NCBI GenBank assembly: GCA_030265395.1
Contig: JARFYF010000058.1
Location: 20,151,006-20,215,005, forward strand
DNA: 64,000 nucleotides
From: Rhina ancylostomus
Lineage: Eukaryota
Direction of reading: 5' to 3'
The notes beneath the pieces are model-generated. The model had not been told where the DNA came from and did not search any database. It worked only from the letters and a program-made list of their open reading frames with translations. Of this stretch, positions 1 through 12,697 are shown piece after piece (the first letter of the stretch is position 1; each line of letters begins with the position of its first letter). The position numbers and the translations under genes were made by a program.

Positions 1-182
1 GGTGCAGGCAGCAGAAAGAAATATTTGAAAAAGTTGAATAAATTTGCCAGTGATATCAAGAGATCTCACATGACTTCAGGCTGTTATATTGTATCAAATA
101 CTACGGAGAATTAAGAATCTTTTATTAGAGCCCTGTAGTGAATGGCAGAGGGTTTGGTTGGGCAAAGAAACAACTCCATTTA

Positions 183-358
183 TATCAAATAAAAAAAAAT
201 GGAAAATGTTTGAAACTCTACATTTCAGGTAGTTCTGATGAAATTCTGATGAAGGGTTTTCGACCTGAACTCTGTTTCTCTTTCTACACAAGCTCCCCTA
301 CCTACTTTCTGTTTTTATTTCAGATGTCCAGCATCAACAGTTGTTTTTTTTTGACTTG
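183..358 (+). mobile_element. Short palindromic Penelope-terminus (pLTR)-derived insert with decayed hammerhead core
   Basis: CTGATGA-AGGGTTTTCGACCT-GAA at 246-269. 3' part reads TTTCTGTTTTTATTTCAGATGTCCAGCATC, with an inverted remnant on the left. Perfect 12-bp flanking direct repeat CAACTCCATTTA at 171-182 and 359-370. Confidence 0.75.
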
Positions 359-370
359 CAACTCCATTTA

Positions 371-1060
371 CAATGTGCCTTTAATGTACCATACATGTCC
401 AATGGTGCTTCACAGAAGTGCTGGCAAATAAATAAATCATCGCCAATCTATATATTGTGGCAGATGACTAGAGGTAGGATTTAAGGAATGTTTTAGAAAT
501 GGAAGGAAAATCAGAGAGGTGAAAACGTTTGGAGAGAGAAATGGAGAGAAGGCTTTGGCAGCTGAGTGCATGGCTGAAGCTGTTGGAACATTTATATGTG
601 GGGGTGATTCAGAGCCAAGAATTTGTGGCGGGCAGAGATATGCAGTGGGAGATTAGAAAGAAAAGGAGGGAAGAGACATTGAAAAGATTTGAAAACAGGG
701 TGGGAATTCTGAAATTAGGTGATTGCTTAACCAGGAGCCAATGTGTATTAACAAGCACATGGTACTGAGTGGACAGGATCAAGTGCAAGTATGTACAGTG
801 AAATTTTGAATGACTCAAGCTTTACTTAGGTCATTCAAAGTAGACAAGGGAGTAGAACAAGAGAGGGTGACCAGCAGGGGGTTGAAACAGTCCATGCTAA
901 AGGCAAAGAAGAGGGCATTAAAAGCAAATGAGCTGAGACAGCTGTATAAATCGGACACTGGGCAATGTTCTACAGGTGGTAAAGAAGCATAAATAATATT
1001 AGGATTGACAATTGTATGAACTGATGTTTCAGTATAAAGCCAGTATGAATCGGTTACCTG
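371..1060 (-). mobile_element. L2 LINE 3' fragment, degenerate
   Basis: Reverse complement of a typical L2 3' end (CATTTACAATGTGCCTTTAATG...GCTTCACAG), then purine-rich antisense ORF2 remnants (GATTTGAAAACAGGGTGGGAATTCTGAAATT, GGAGCCAATGT). Confidence 0.7.
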
Positions 1061-1997
1061 CAGATTTCCTTTTGAACAAAATTCACTGTACCATGCTTGT
1101 GCCATTGTTTGGCAAAGCATATCAAGACATGTCGGGCCTTGAAGCATGATGGATTTGAATGGGACTTAATATTACTTAGGTTAATAGAGAAGAACATTAG
1201 ACATCCACAAAATGGATGGAAAGTCAGCAGAGCAATTGTTTTCAGAGCTGAACAATGTTCGCCTGAAATCCAAGGCAGATTTGGCATCAACTTTGCTTAA
1301 ATGTAAGAACAAAGCACTAGCTAGCAAACAACCATCCTGATGCAGCACAAATATCAAGGCTGGACAATTCAATCTGGCATCAACATCATGAGAGAATGTC
1401 TGGAGGGAAAACAGAAAGAATTGGTGGGGGAAAGAGTTGGTAGCCCTGCCTGGTAGTGGTCTACTGTTGTAATATCTGGTTTATCTGTGTAACTTTGTGG
1501 ATGAGAATCTGAAAAGACTCAGGAAATTAGCCCAGCATGATCCTTGATTCCAGTCTGGTTCTGCAAGCCCCTAGAGACAACTGCTGCAACCTAGACAGCA
1601 ATCAACCAAATATCACAAAGCTTATCAAGGTGACAGCCTTTGAGTCACAGTCACTCATTTATAGCCAATCTTAAATGCACTACAACTGTATTTGCATGGA
1701 GATGACGACAATTATGGTAGACATTTTTGAGCAGTTTCACCAATCTTGTTCACATCTAAGTTTTGCATCAGAGTGCTGCAATTGCTACAGGACCTCTATG
1801 TGCAGTGTAAAATGGTCTCATGCCTAATATAAACCTGGCTAAATACAGATGGGTTTGGGAAGTCAATGATACTCTCACTTCTGCTCCAAGCAGGTCACCC
1901 CACCCCCAAAAGTTCCCAGCTCTCAGCCACCCATCTTTCAGACATAAGACCAACAGGTATAAGTTTAATTAATGTCCCATGTGTTTTAAAGATTGTT

Positions 1998-2060
1998 TTA
2001 ACAATTGTAAGTTTATAAAACAGAACAACTTAACACTTGTAAGTTTATAAAACAGAACAA
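1998..2060. repeat. Local tandem duplication, 32-bp period
   Basis: TTGTAAGTTTATAAAACAGAACAA is identical at 2005-2028 and 2037-2060, each copy preceded by TTAACA plus one base. Confidence 0.9.
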
Positions 2061-3609
2061 AATGTGATTTATATTTTGTATGCTTTGCTCAGATTGCTAA
2101 ATTTTCTTTCCTGTATTTCATAAAAAATGGGTAATTATATATTTGCCATCATTGCAAAACTCGATGAAGTATTAAGAAGCCACTCACAGCAGGTGTCATC
2201 ACTGCTAGAAGGTGAGGCATTCTGATAGTGAAGGAAGTTACATTCACCTTTGTTTAATTTCATCTGTTCCTCTTGTACCCTTATATCTCAGCTGACTGTA
2301 GCAACACATCTCATATGGGCCTGAAGCAGTTTTACATGTATGCCAAAACTCACCAAATTTGATAGCGTTATTCTATGTACTTTTGCAAGAGTGTGAAATG
2401 TTATTTATTGTGAGCAATTCAGCAAGAATAAAAAGAACATTTTNNNNNNNNNNNNNNNNNNNNNNNNNNNNNNNNNNNNNNNNNNNNNNNNNNNNNNNNN
2501 NNNNNNNNNNNNNNNNNNNNNNNNNNNNNNNNNNNNNNNNNNNNNNNNNNNNNNNNNNNNNNNNNNNNNNNNNNNNNNNNNNNNNNNNNNNNNNNNNNNN
2601 NNNNNNNNNNNNNNNNNNNNNNNNNNNNNNNNNNNNNNNNNNNNNNNNNNNNNNNNNNNNNNNNNNNNNNNNNNNNNNNNNNNNNNNNNNNNNNNNNNNN
2701 NNNNNNNNNNNNNNNNNNNNNNNNNNNNNNNNNNNNNNNNNCACAAGGTAATCCCCTGCACTTTACTGTCAGCTAAGCTTCCGCAAGTGCAACACTCTCT
2801 GGGGGCATTTAAATTTGACAATGGCTTAAAATGGATGAGGCAGCATTATTTGTGTGATTTTCCTTTCCAATTTGCAAGCATCTGATCTAATGTCCCCTAG
2901 TTTAATACTCACAGAGAAGTCAAAATCTTTCCCCAAGCTTATTGGATCTTGAATACAGTCTCCAGGTAAGGAGCTTTCACATGAGCCAATTTAACACTTA
3001 GACCCCTGACATTTATCAAAAATATTTGTAAAATCAGCCCATACATCTTCAACATGCTCTTACACACAGACCATTTCCATACAAAAAAAGAATCAATAGC
3101 TTTATGTCATATCTGTCCCATTTTCTTATGTCTTGGTCTAAGCTTTAACATGTCTAAGACCATTAGCCAAAGGTACATTTTGCATGCAGCAACAAGTCAG
3201 CCATACCTTTTCCCCTTGTAGAGATAGTTTGTAGCAGTTTCACTGCATAGAGCAGTTTTTTTTAAACAAATTATTTGCACTATTATTTTGCTTGTGTCAA
3301 ACTGTGTGGGTTGTAGCATTTGCTCAACATTCCGTAGGCCCTAACTGTACTCATTTTAACTGGAAACTACCAGTACTTATTTTAATCATGCTTAAAGGCA
3401 AAGTCTTTGAATAGAAAATGTTCCAGCACCCTACCCCATCCCATCAATCTTGGACTCAAAGTTACCCTCCAGCTGCGATCCAACACACTGTAATCTCATA
3501 TTGGCCATAGACTTAAAAAAACTTGTCCTTTGAAAAAGCCATTCAACTGTTCTTAATCTGAATTAATCCAATGAATTCTGGAGAATTACAAGATTCAGTT
3601 GTTTTGCCT

Positions 3610-3900
3610 CTGGATAAGGGGTCAGACATGTGGGAAGAAGAGGAGAAATTTCTTTATATAGAGGGTTGTAAATCTTTGGAATCATCTTTCTCAGAGGCTG
3701 ACATTAATGGCCTTCTGAAGGGAATCAAATGATATGTAATTGGGCAGGTAAGTGGACACAGAATGAAGGGTCTCGACTGAAAGGGCGACTGTCCATTTCT
3801 CTCCATAGATGCTGCCTGACTCGCTGAGTTCCTCCAGCACTTCGTGTTTCTGCAGAATTTACCTTGACCTCAGTGAGTGATGGAGCATTTTCAATGTGTT
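3610..3900 (+). mobile_element. CR1 LINE 3' end, interrupted by a Penelope-terminus insert
   Basis: GAGGAGAAATTTCTTTATATAGAGGGTTGTAAATCTTTGGAAT is the CR1 ORF2 end (RNFF.QRVV.LWN-like). The 3'UTR-like sequence resumes after about 3858. Confidence 0.65.
3763..3855 (+). mobile_element. Penelope-terminus fragment with partial hammerhead core
   Basis: ATGAAGGGTCTCGACTGAAAGGGCGACTGTCCATTTCTCTCCATAGATGCTGCCTGACTCGCTGAGTTCCTCCAGCA. Same family as the copies at 9.5 kb and 17.7 kb. Confidence 0.75.
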
Positions 3901-5229
3901 ATATAGCTTACCCCAAATTCTTTTCTCTTATCTTCTGATTTTTCCATCAGTCACAGTAGTAGACTTGATGGCCATCTTTTAGTATTGCAGGTGGTTCTCT
4001 TATAAGTGATAATTTGGGATGTGTATATTGAACTAACAGCAGGAAATTGTGCTATTTAACTAACTGGTGTATTCTCTCGGCTCTGGTCAAACTCCATACC
4101 ATTTCATTAGCATTTTTCACCCAGATACCTTTTCCCTTCTCCTTTCTCCATGGAGTCAGCATATGAGAAAATGTGAATGTAAATAAAAGACTTCCATTCA
4201 AAATCGTACAGGAGATATAACAGGTAAATAGATTATAGTACTAAATGTTGCAATAGCTCCTTCTCAGTTGTTGCAATTTACCTGCTTAATAATTTATGAA
4301 ACCCTGTTTGAAATTAATTTAATGAGACTAATTGATGGAGTTGGTAATGCTGTTTATACACTAGTTATTGGCAAAGTGAAAGTGTACTACTTTTTTCTTT
4401 GATTTTGACACAAATATTACCTACGAAAACTTTCTCTCTAAATTTTTGTATGCACTTTAAACAAAGTATTAACATTTTTATTCAGCTTATAAATTAATAT
4501 TTCATGATTTATGTGCATTTACACATTGTTGGTTTCAGTACCATACTAGCAAATCTGTGAAATCGCAGTCATAGAATGGCACTAAATATATACACAGTAT
4601 TTAAAAATACAGACTATTAATATACAACAATCGATTTCAAAAGCAATATTTATGAAGGAATAATTTTCTGCAAATATATTTTGATAAGCACAAACAAGAA
4701 ATAAATTAATAACAAAATGTGTAATTTTTCAGGTAAGGTGATTAAAAAGATGAACTGCATGAAGTAATGTAATTTGTGCAGTTTAAAAAAATCAATTTAT
4801 CTTCAAAGAGTTCATTGAATATGGTGCTTTATGATGTATTGTCTAGGAATAGCTAAAGAAGAACCTTGATGCATAGCCAATTGAAACTAAGGAAAATGTT
4901 ATAGTTACCCATGGTTTGTTGGATATAGTAAGTTTAAGAACAAGGCCATTCTGTGAGCACATGTCAATATTGTTCTACATTTAGTATACAGAATTCATTT
5001 GTCTCAGTGTGCACAGCTACTTTCTCTACAGAATGGACTTCTGTGCTAGAATACATATCACTGAATAAATTCTTCACCTGTTGTGGCATTTGCTTCTTGC
5101 TGGGATGTCTCCCTGCTTTTGATACTGAGTTTTTTCTTCTGCGTCTCTTTCCTCAGGGCCATGCTTCTCTCTCTCTTATAAGCCACTAGATCCAGAAAAC
5201 ATGACTGACCAAATGTGCCCACTCTTCTG

Positions 5230-5508
5230 TTAGCAGTTAGCATAACGCTATTACAGTGCCAGCAACCCGAATTCAATCCCAGCCACTGTCTTTAAGGAGT
5301 TTGTACGTTCTCCCGCGTCTACGTGGGTTTCCTCCCACATTCCAAAGACGTACAGGTTAGGAGTTGTGGGTATGCTATGTTGGCGCCGGAGTGGCGACAC
5401 TACAGGGCTGTCCCCCTGCACATTCTCAGTAACACAAAAAGATTCACTGTGTGTTTCGATGTACATGTGACCAATAAATAAATATCTTCATATATATCTT
5501 TATATCTT
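5230..5508 (+). mobile_element. tRNA-derived V-SINE, copy 1 of a family with a non-HE1 tail
   Basis: tRNA-like head with degenerate B box (AATTCAATCCC), V-domain GGAGTTTGTACGTTCTCCC...GTGGGTTTCCTCCCACATTCCAAAGACG, and tail TTCACTGTGTGTTTCGATGTACATGTGACCAATAAA. Aligns along its length with 11878-12160. Confidence 0.85.
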
Positions 5509-5679
5509 CTTTAAAGTTCCCAAAATGTTGTCACTTCTCAATGCCAGGCCAAACTGTGCAATAATTCACTGCTGATATCTCTATTTGTGGCCCGAGCCAG
5601 AGATAAATAATATCTTCTGTGATTGTCATGAAGTATCAGCCTTCCTTTTTCACCTTCATGCCTTGGGCATCCTTCAGAC

Positions 5680-5900
5680 TGTCAAACACACAATCTTCAT
5701 TCATAGTCTGTCTGCCATTGTCCAGTTTCACATTTGCTTGGTTCCACACTTATCTGTCTGAATGCAACCAACAGATCTTCAACAATGGATTCACTTCCCA
5801 CCCAACACCAGGCCTGACTTTTACAAGTCATTTCTACATAATGACTTGCAGACATCATTGTGAAATGTGCCACTCCTTTCCTCAACTGCCAGCAAGACTA
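5680..5900 (+). mobile_element. L2-like RT fragment, highly degenerate
   Basis: Translates to FAWFHTYLSECNQQIFNNGFTS, resembling the L2 motif L.WF.SYLS.R.Q.I..NG.S. Confidence 0.55.
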
Positions 5901-6409
5901 AAGCCATCATTTTACACTCCACCAGGAGTTTATTGATTAGCCACTGACTATTCCACCCCATACCTATTCATTCAAGGTGAAGACATCTGACCAAAACATT
6001 GGCATCTTGACAGTCTCAGAGTTGGGTTCCCAACTTCAAGCACCATGTATTAACAAGCTCACTTCTGTCCCTCAAGCACAAGGAACTTGAGGATTTTATT
6101 ACCCAGGCACTTCATGATCCAGAACTTCCTTCTTGTGTGCTTTGTAATGGAACTGAGGTGTAAAATTGAATGTGAAATGTGTTGAGGATTTTCTAATATA
6201 AAGTTATAATTTGAGTTTGATTAGGGCGTGCATAACATATCCAGACAGGAATGACACAGGGCACATAACAAATGAATATGTGATACATGTTCAACATCAC
6301 CGCTGTAGTAAGGAAACACGGAACACCAATTGCCAATCAGTATGGACCTTGATCAGAAAACCAGCAGCTGCTGGAAGAAAGCAGCAGGCCACCCAAATGT
6401 TCTCCACTC

Positions 6410-6800
6410 ACAGCTCCTGATCCTACCAGACTACCATACTTCCTGAACAAAGGCTCTGATCCTCAGACTCCTCCACCAAAACCACACGTTCCCCTTCCCC
6501 ATTGCAGCCTCAGGCCACGATTCTTCTGTACTCTCCTACCACAGGCCCTAATTCTTCTAGGATCCACTCACTTTTTCCACAACCCAGATCCCAATTCTTT
6601 CTCATCCCTGTCACCTGTTCCTGATCCTTACAGACTCTCCCCAGTATGCCACAGGACCTGATCCTTTAGAACACTAACATGACCGTCTTTATCACACCTC
6701 CCCACCACCTCCTCATTCTGGAACCCCCACCCCACCCCCCGCATCCTCCCTCAATGATCTTCAGCCAGGTTGTCCTCCCACCGTCAATACCTTCCAGGCC
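6410..6800. repeat. C-rich degenerate minisatellite-like tract
   Basis: A motif like (CAGG)CCCTGATCCT recurs about 6-7 times at irregular spacing, with strong C skew on the + strand. Confidence 0.5.
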
Positions 6801-7869
6801 ATCGCACAATCCCAACTTCAGTCCCAGACAGCAGGTTTCCCACATTTGCAGCAGAGCCAGTGTTTCACTCCAATACCAGTCTAGGTTACAAAGGTAACCA
6901 TCTTATTTATACTTGCCTATTAGCAAACTAATTAAAGAAGAAAAGTATTAACCTTCTGGCCCACTTCTTGCTCTAGGTCCTTGGTACTATTTTTGCTTTT
7001 AGAGAGACTGCTGGTTAAATTAATAATCAGAGACTGAAGACAAAAGTCAGAGGCTAGTCTGCACAGTTAGAAAATTACTGAATTATTGCACATGGAAACT
7101 ATCCTAACATTGCACACTAAATACAAATCAAAGCTTATTATAGAGAAAATCTCCAATGTAAATTTTAAAATTACCTTGTCCTTGCTCTGCAATTTGAGAC
7201 AATTCAGATTGGTAGCGTAATGTTGAAAGAAAATATTACAAGCTATCGTGCTCACAAAATGGGTCCTTGAGTTCTATTTTTAATCTGCTCAAGCAGTTCT
7301 TCACTTGGCATATGTACCTTTAAATCAGTTACTGAATTATATGGGTTCTTGTCAAATCTCTGGATGGAAAACAAGCAGCATTGTAGCAATAATGAGTTTG
7401 GGAAACAAGTCACCTCTGAACTGATTTAATATTTGTCAATTGTTTGGTATTTATGACTGTATCATTGAGGCTTTAGCATAAATAACTGGCTGTAAAGACA
7501 TGAATAATATCTGAAGCTTTGGTCATGAGCAAGGGGTTTAAGGTGAGGGCAATGTAAGAAAGTCTAATGTTTTGTGCTGTTAAATTTAGACAGGGCACAG
7601 CTTCACATCTGTCTCAAGGTTCAAGTACATTCGTTAATTACTATCAATTTTTACTTTCCATTGTTCATCATCAAGAACTGTTTCACATACTTACAGGGCA
7701 TTGCACATAATAATGAGTCATGTATCATCACTTTCACTTCAATGCTAGGGAATCCTTGACTTCAGTATTTAGTTCTGGGGAAAAAAAACTTTTCTAAACA
7801 GCACTAATGCATGCATTTCTTGACAATACATAATTCATTTTTATTTCTAAGGTTCCTACTGTACAGACC

Positions 7870-8320
7870 AACCACTTATCCAGCATTAACCCCTCCTCCA
7901 GCTCATCATTGACAAGACCAAAAGCATTCTGTGGGGTTTTGGCAGCACGTGCACATTTTGGTTTGGTTGACAACCCATGATACACAATACCTGACATCTA
8001 TTCAAAGTCAAATCCAGGCCATTGCTAGCCAAACAACATTCCCCCCTTTTACTCATGACCTTATCCCTGTACAGTTGGACTTCTCATCCAAACTTCCATC
8101 ATTTGGAATTATCAGATTATCATTTGCCTCATCATCTCCACCATTCAATATCTTTAACAGAACTCAATTCCTCATTGGCACATCTAGGCCCACACACACC
8201 CACCACTGGATCCTTGAGACTTATTTTTCCAGTCACACCAAAACCTTGGTCTTAACTACTTCCATCTCTCCTCTTCCCATACCTTCCACAATATTTTTGA
8301 CATCCTTCTAGACATCCACT
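7870..8320 (+). mobile_element. Possible Penelope-like RT-proximal fragment, very degenerate
   Basis: C/T-rich tract. QAIASQT...HDLI in ORF 7931..8311 loosely resembles the Penelope segment preceding the RT domain (HQAIVS.TI.DLI). Confidence 0.3.
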
Positions 8321-8449
8321 TCTTTTGCTTGTAACATGATTTGATCTGAGATACTATTCTATGCAGGGAAAACACTTCTTTGTTAATTATTTAAGCAGAA
8401 CGAACTAAATAAAAAACAGCCCTGACATCTAAAACATTGCCTAGATCTA

Positions 8450-8770
8450 CAGATTCAAAGGAGAAGAAATTTGGTTCATGCTGGCACTTTGTAGAGCAAT
8501 TTAGTTAGTCCTATTCCCTCAATCTTTCTCCACAACCCTGCAAGTTATTTTCCCTCAAGCACAGATCCAATTCTCTTATGAAAACCCCCAAGTGATTGTG
8601 TTTCTATTACCCTTGCAGGATATGAGTTGCAGTTCACAAAAATATTTATCCTCACATCCCACCTCTATCTTCTGAATTTCACTTTGAATCTGTATCTCCT
8701 GGCTTTGGGCCATATGGTAATGAAAGCAGCTACTCTCTGTTTATCTTATGTAAATCTATCCTGACCTTGC
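8450..8770 (-). mobile_element. CR1 LINE 3' fragment
   Basis: GCTGGCACTTTGTAGAGCAATTTAGTTAGTCCTATTCCC...CCCTGCAAGTTATTTTCCCTCAAG...ATCCAATTC is the reverse complement of a chondrichthyan-type CR1 3' end. Confidence 0.65.
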
Positions 8771-9475
8771 AGATAAGTGAGCCCCAGCCAAGACTTACTG
8801 CCACTTTACCTCCTTCACTCGTTTCCACAATCTCTCAAACATTTTCACAAAAGGTACATAAAAAATATTTTCTCTAATTTTACTTTCTCAGTTTGATTGC
8901 ATCATTGTGCAGTCTAATAGCTATGGTGAACAGCGACAATTCCTGAGCAGCATTTAATGGCTTAAGTCATGTGTTTAAATCCTTATTTCTTCGACGGGGT
9001 CCATCACAGTTAAACCACCATATTATGAACCTCCCAGCCCAGCTTTCTGTCAGTAACTCTCATCGGTTCATTTGCTTTCAGAGCAAAACATGTTTAAGTG
9101 CAAAATGCAGATGGTATTAGGCCATAACAACAGACTAATAAACAACATGGCAATTTTCATATCATTTACAGCACTGGAGTTTGTCAAATGAACTATTCAG
9201 TTTGAAAATAAGCCCAATTTATCACTTAAGCTAGTAAGACCTAAAAAGGAAAATTTTACTAGGTTTAGCACTTGAACAGCTGGGAGAGTATTCAATGTAG
9301 AAATGTTAACTCTAATTCCTCTTTCCCACTTGAATAGCTCTGCACCAACATTTCCTGACTTACTGTTGGTCATTGATGCTGAAGGAGCCCATCAATGTAA
9401 CTTGAAGTAATATCAATGTTCAAGATTAGCACAGCTCAGATGTGCTACTCCACACCAAGTGCATTTTAGGAGTAA

Positions 9476-9610
9476 CAAACAATCTGCCGATTCAGGATTT
9501 CAACCTGAAACTTTGACAATTCCTTTCCTTCCACAGACTCTGCTTGACTTGCTGAGTTCCTCCAGCAGATCGCTTGTTGCTCCAGATTCCAGCATCTGCA
9601 GTCTCATGTC
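9476..9610 (+). mobile_element. Short palindromic Penelope-terminus-derived insert
   Basis: AACAAACAATCTGC is inverted relative to GCAGATCGCTTGTT. Contains AACCTGAAACTTTGAC and ends TCCAGATTCCAGCATCTGCAGTCTC. Degenerate 16-bp direct repeats at 9460-9475 and 9611-9626 (13/16 identical). Confidence 0.75.
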
Positions 9611-11877
9611 TGCACTTTAAGAGCAAGCTCTTTTTCAAAAATAATCAAGTCTGTGTCTTCTGTTGCTGCTCTTTCAATGATTTGAGGGATGGCTGCTTCA
9701 TCAAGAAGCATCTCTTAAGTTTTAATTTTTTTTAAGACATTAATTTCTGTTCTATTTTTTTACTGCACAGGGAACCTTTTCTTCCCTTTTGTTAAGTGGT
9801 TTATTTGGAGATAAACAAGAGGAAGTGACCACAAATCCCTTCGCAGTTGGTGAAATTATTGACTGGGCCACCCAATCAATCTCACAAAGAAGCTCACAGT
9901 TAAGCCAGCATCTTTTACCCAAAGTTATTCTGCATCCCCACATTTGTTCTACATTCCAATACCCATTCCTTTGCAGAATGATACTGCACCCTTACCTGCT
10001 CTCTGCAATACCGATTACAGAGACACAGTGTGGTGTGCTGCTACCTCATCTAGCATGTTCACAGGGAATGGAATGTGTAAATTCACATGAAGGGCATTGA
10101 AAGGCAAAGCACAACTTTGATGCCAATAAAACTTACAAGGTATCAGTAGCTGGTAGGATCATAAATCCTGTGAATAAGCCCCTGGGTCCTCTGTGTAACT
10201 ATTTTGTACCTGACTCGTTAATGGAGTTTGCTGCCCTTTAAATCCAGAATCTATAGCTCGCTGGAGTGCAAAATCCAGCCTGGACTTCCACCCTTGCACA
10301 TTGCAGTACTGAAATATAGAACATACAAGATGTCCACCCATTCAACCCATGGATTTACCAAGTCATTCCACAACTTAATGAGCTGAGGGCTTGATACATT
10401 TTGTATGCAGCCCCTCAGCTACTTCCAGAGCTGCAGCAATCATTTACAATTCATTTTCAACCATTAGAAAGGTAAGTGAATGGTTTGTCCTTTTTCCCCA
10501 ATTTATTTTGATTACTATTATTATTTCCAATTAACTTACATCAGTTGATTTTTTTTCCCTTGAAATATTTTAAATAATTTTTATTTTTTTATATAATAAC
10601 TTGAATCTTTCTGGGGACAGGCTCCTGGACAGCATGAGCTGTCAGTAATGGGGCCCATGGTCAGTCTCAATAGTAGAGCCCCTGAGAGTGAAGCCTAGAC
10701 TGCCTGCAGCCTCAGCACCACTCTCACACCATTATACCTCACAGATGACCAATGCATCAGATTCAACAAGTGCCCATGGCTGTAAAAGGCGAGAGCAACC
10801 ACATGGCTGGAGCAGGTCCAACCATAATACTTAGCCCCAGTCCAAAATGATCTGGTTCTTTTAAAATTTTATGCATGTTATATATTACATAATTCCTCTA
10901 TTAACAATTGAGCATTGGATTACCATTTATATTGCCAGAGAGTGGAAGAAAATAATGGAGACCAGAAGGTCAGAGAAAAAAAATGGGAGGGAGAGAAAGA
11001 TGGAGCATAGTATCTAAGAAAAGGAAGATTAGGATTATATCTGCAATGATACATCAGTTTATAAACTTTATGTATTTAGGAAATGGTTTGGTTCACTTTA
11101 TCTCCTTCCCTTGGAGGCTGTTTGACTTTTCAGGCATTATTATTAATGTCCCAACATTTTGTTTCATCAGCACAGGTGCAATGTATGTCTGTTTGCAGAG
11201 GTTACAAGAGGGATAATTACCACTGAAGTTTCTGTTTGAACTACTGTCAGCCACCACATTATCTTTAGGGTGCATTTTCTTTCTGTTGTTAAATTAATTT
11301 ACAGTGTGTTGTCACCTCATAAAAAACAGCTGCATCTACATTTGTAAAACATACCCTTCCTGAATTAGCAAAAATGAAAGAGGCCAACAATTCCCTGCAA
11401 TAATTTATCATTTCACTCTTGCAGTTGAGAAGCGACTCAACTAATAATGCAACTCTTTGGTGCACAAAATGTATATAATAAGAAATGTGAAGAAATTATC
11501 AAGTTTCACAGAAAGTATCAATGGGCTACCTAGTGCACAATGAAATCCTATGCTGAAATTTGACTGCAACATTATCTGTGCTATTTTAGTGCATCAATTT
11601 ACTTCTGTGTGTAGCATGCAATACATTTTTCAGGTAGGAGTCATGAATCCCAAACTACTGTACAATTATGCAAAGTAAGTGCATGTTATTTGCAAAACTG
11701 CATGACAAGTATGAACCTGAAAATGTGATCTACTGAATGGGTTCTCAAAGTGCTGGGGCTAATATTGCTTCACATGCTGGTGTTAATATAGGCAGTTTTG
11801 TCTTCACATGGCGGGTCAGAGATGAAAGAGGTCACTACACATCTTCAACAGATGAGATGTTGCAGCTGCGCAAACCA

Positions 11878-12160
11878 GGTAGTGTAGTGGTTAGCGTAAC
11901 GCCATTACAGTGCCAGCGACCTGGGTTCAATTCCCACTGCTGTCTGTAAGGAGTTTGTACGTTCTCCCCACATCTGCATGTGTTTCCTCCTGTTTCCTCC
12001 CACATTCCAAAGACATACAGGTTAGGAGCTGTGGGCACACTATGTTGGCACAAGTGTGGTAACACTTGTGGACTGCTCCCAGAACATTCTCAGTAACATA
12101 AAAAGATGCATTTCACTGTGTGTTTCGAAGTATAGTACATGTGACTAATAAATATCTAAT
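11878..12160 (+). mobile_element. tRNA-derived V-SINE, copy 2, with Pol III A and B boxes
   Basis: A-box-like TAGTGTAGTGG at 11880-11890 and B box GGTTCAATTCC at 11924-11934. V-domain GGAGTTTGTACGTTCTCCCC. Same tail as 5230-5508. Confidence 0.88.
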
Positions 12161-12554
12161 CGTTGCCATCTAAGAAAGAAGTCATTACCTATAGCAACAA
12201 AATCATCAGGACCATTGATTAGGATTGCTTCAGTGTCCAAAAGGTAGTATTTCCTGAGTCAAGTCCTTTCCTAAGAGGGACAATTATGGTCTGCACTGCA
12301 ATGCTATTGGGTACATTGTCATGTTATTGACAGACCAGAATCGTTACTTAAAGCATTTGCATGCTTTAATGAATGTTTACAGATAGTATGGAGGCTTTTG
12401 GGTTTGAATTCTGAGTGACTACAATGACTTCATTTTGTCTAAGTATGAAATGGGCAATCATGATGGAGGAATTCTAGGACCCATTAATCATAATTGTTTT
12501 ATACTCAGACTTGAGGCACTGTGAAGAACTGTCCTCTTGCTTACAATGCAGGAT

Positions 12555-12685
12555 CAGCTGGATGGAACTCAAGGCACCCAGAGTGTTGTACCATCTTATT
12601 GTCCCACATAAGTGACATCTGCTTCTTAAACTAATAAGCAGACAATAACTTCAACCAAAGTGATCTCTAATGCCAAAGTAGTTAC
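12555..12685 (+). repeat. Dispersed direct repeat, copy A (partner 14175-14306)
   Basis: TAAGTGACATCTGCTTCTTAAACTAATAAGCAGACAATAACTTCAA...CTCTAATGCCAAAG aligns with TAAGTGACACTTGCTTCTGAAATTAATAGCAGACAATAACTTCAA...CTCTAGTGCCAAAG. Confidence 0.8.
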
Positions 12686-12697
12686 AGGATCAGGCAC

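Noticed and set aside
10381-10420. Hairpin AGCTGAGGG...CCCTCAGCT as a pre-miRNA
   Set aside because: Only 40 nt with several bulges, too short for a pre-miRNA.
11878-11945. tRNA gene
   Set aside because: A and B boxes are present, but the sequence continues into a SINE body and has no complete cloverleaf.
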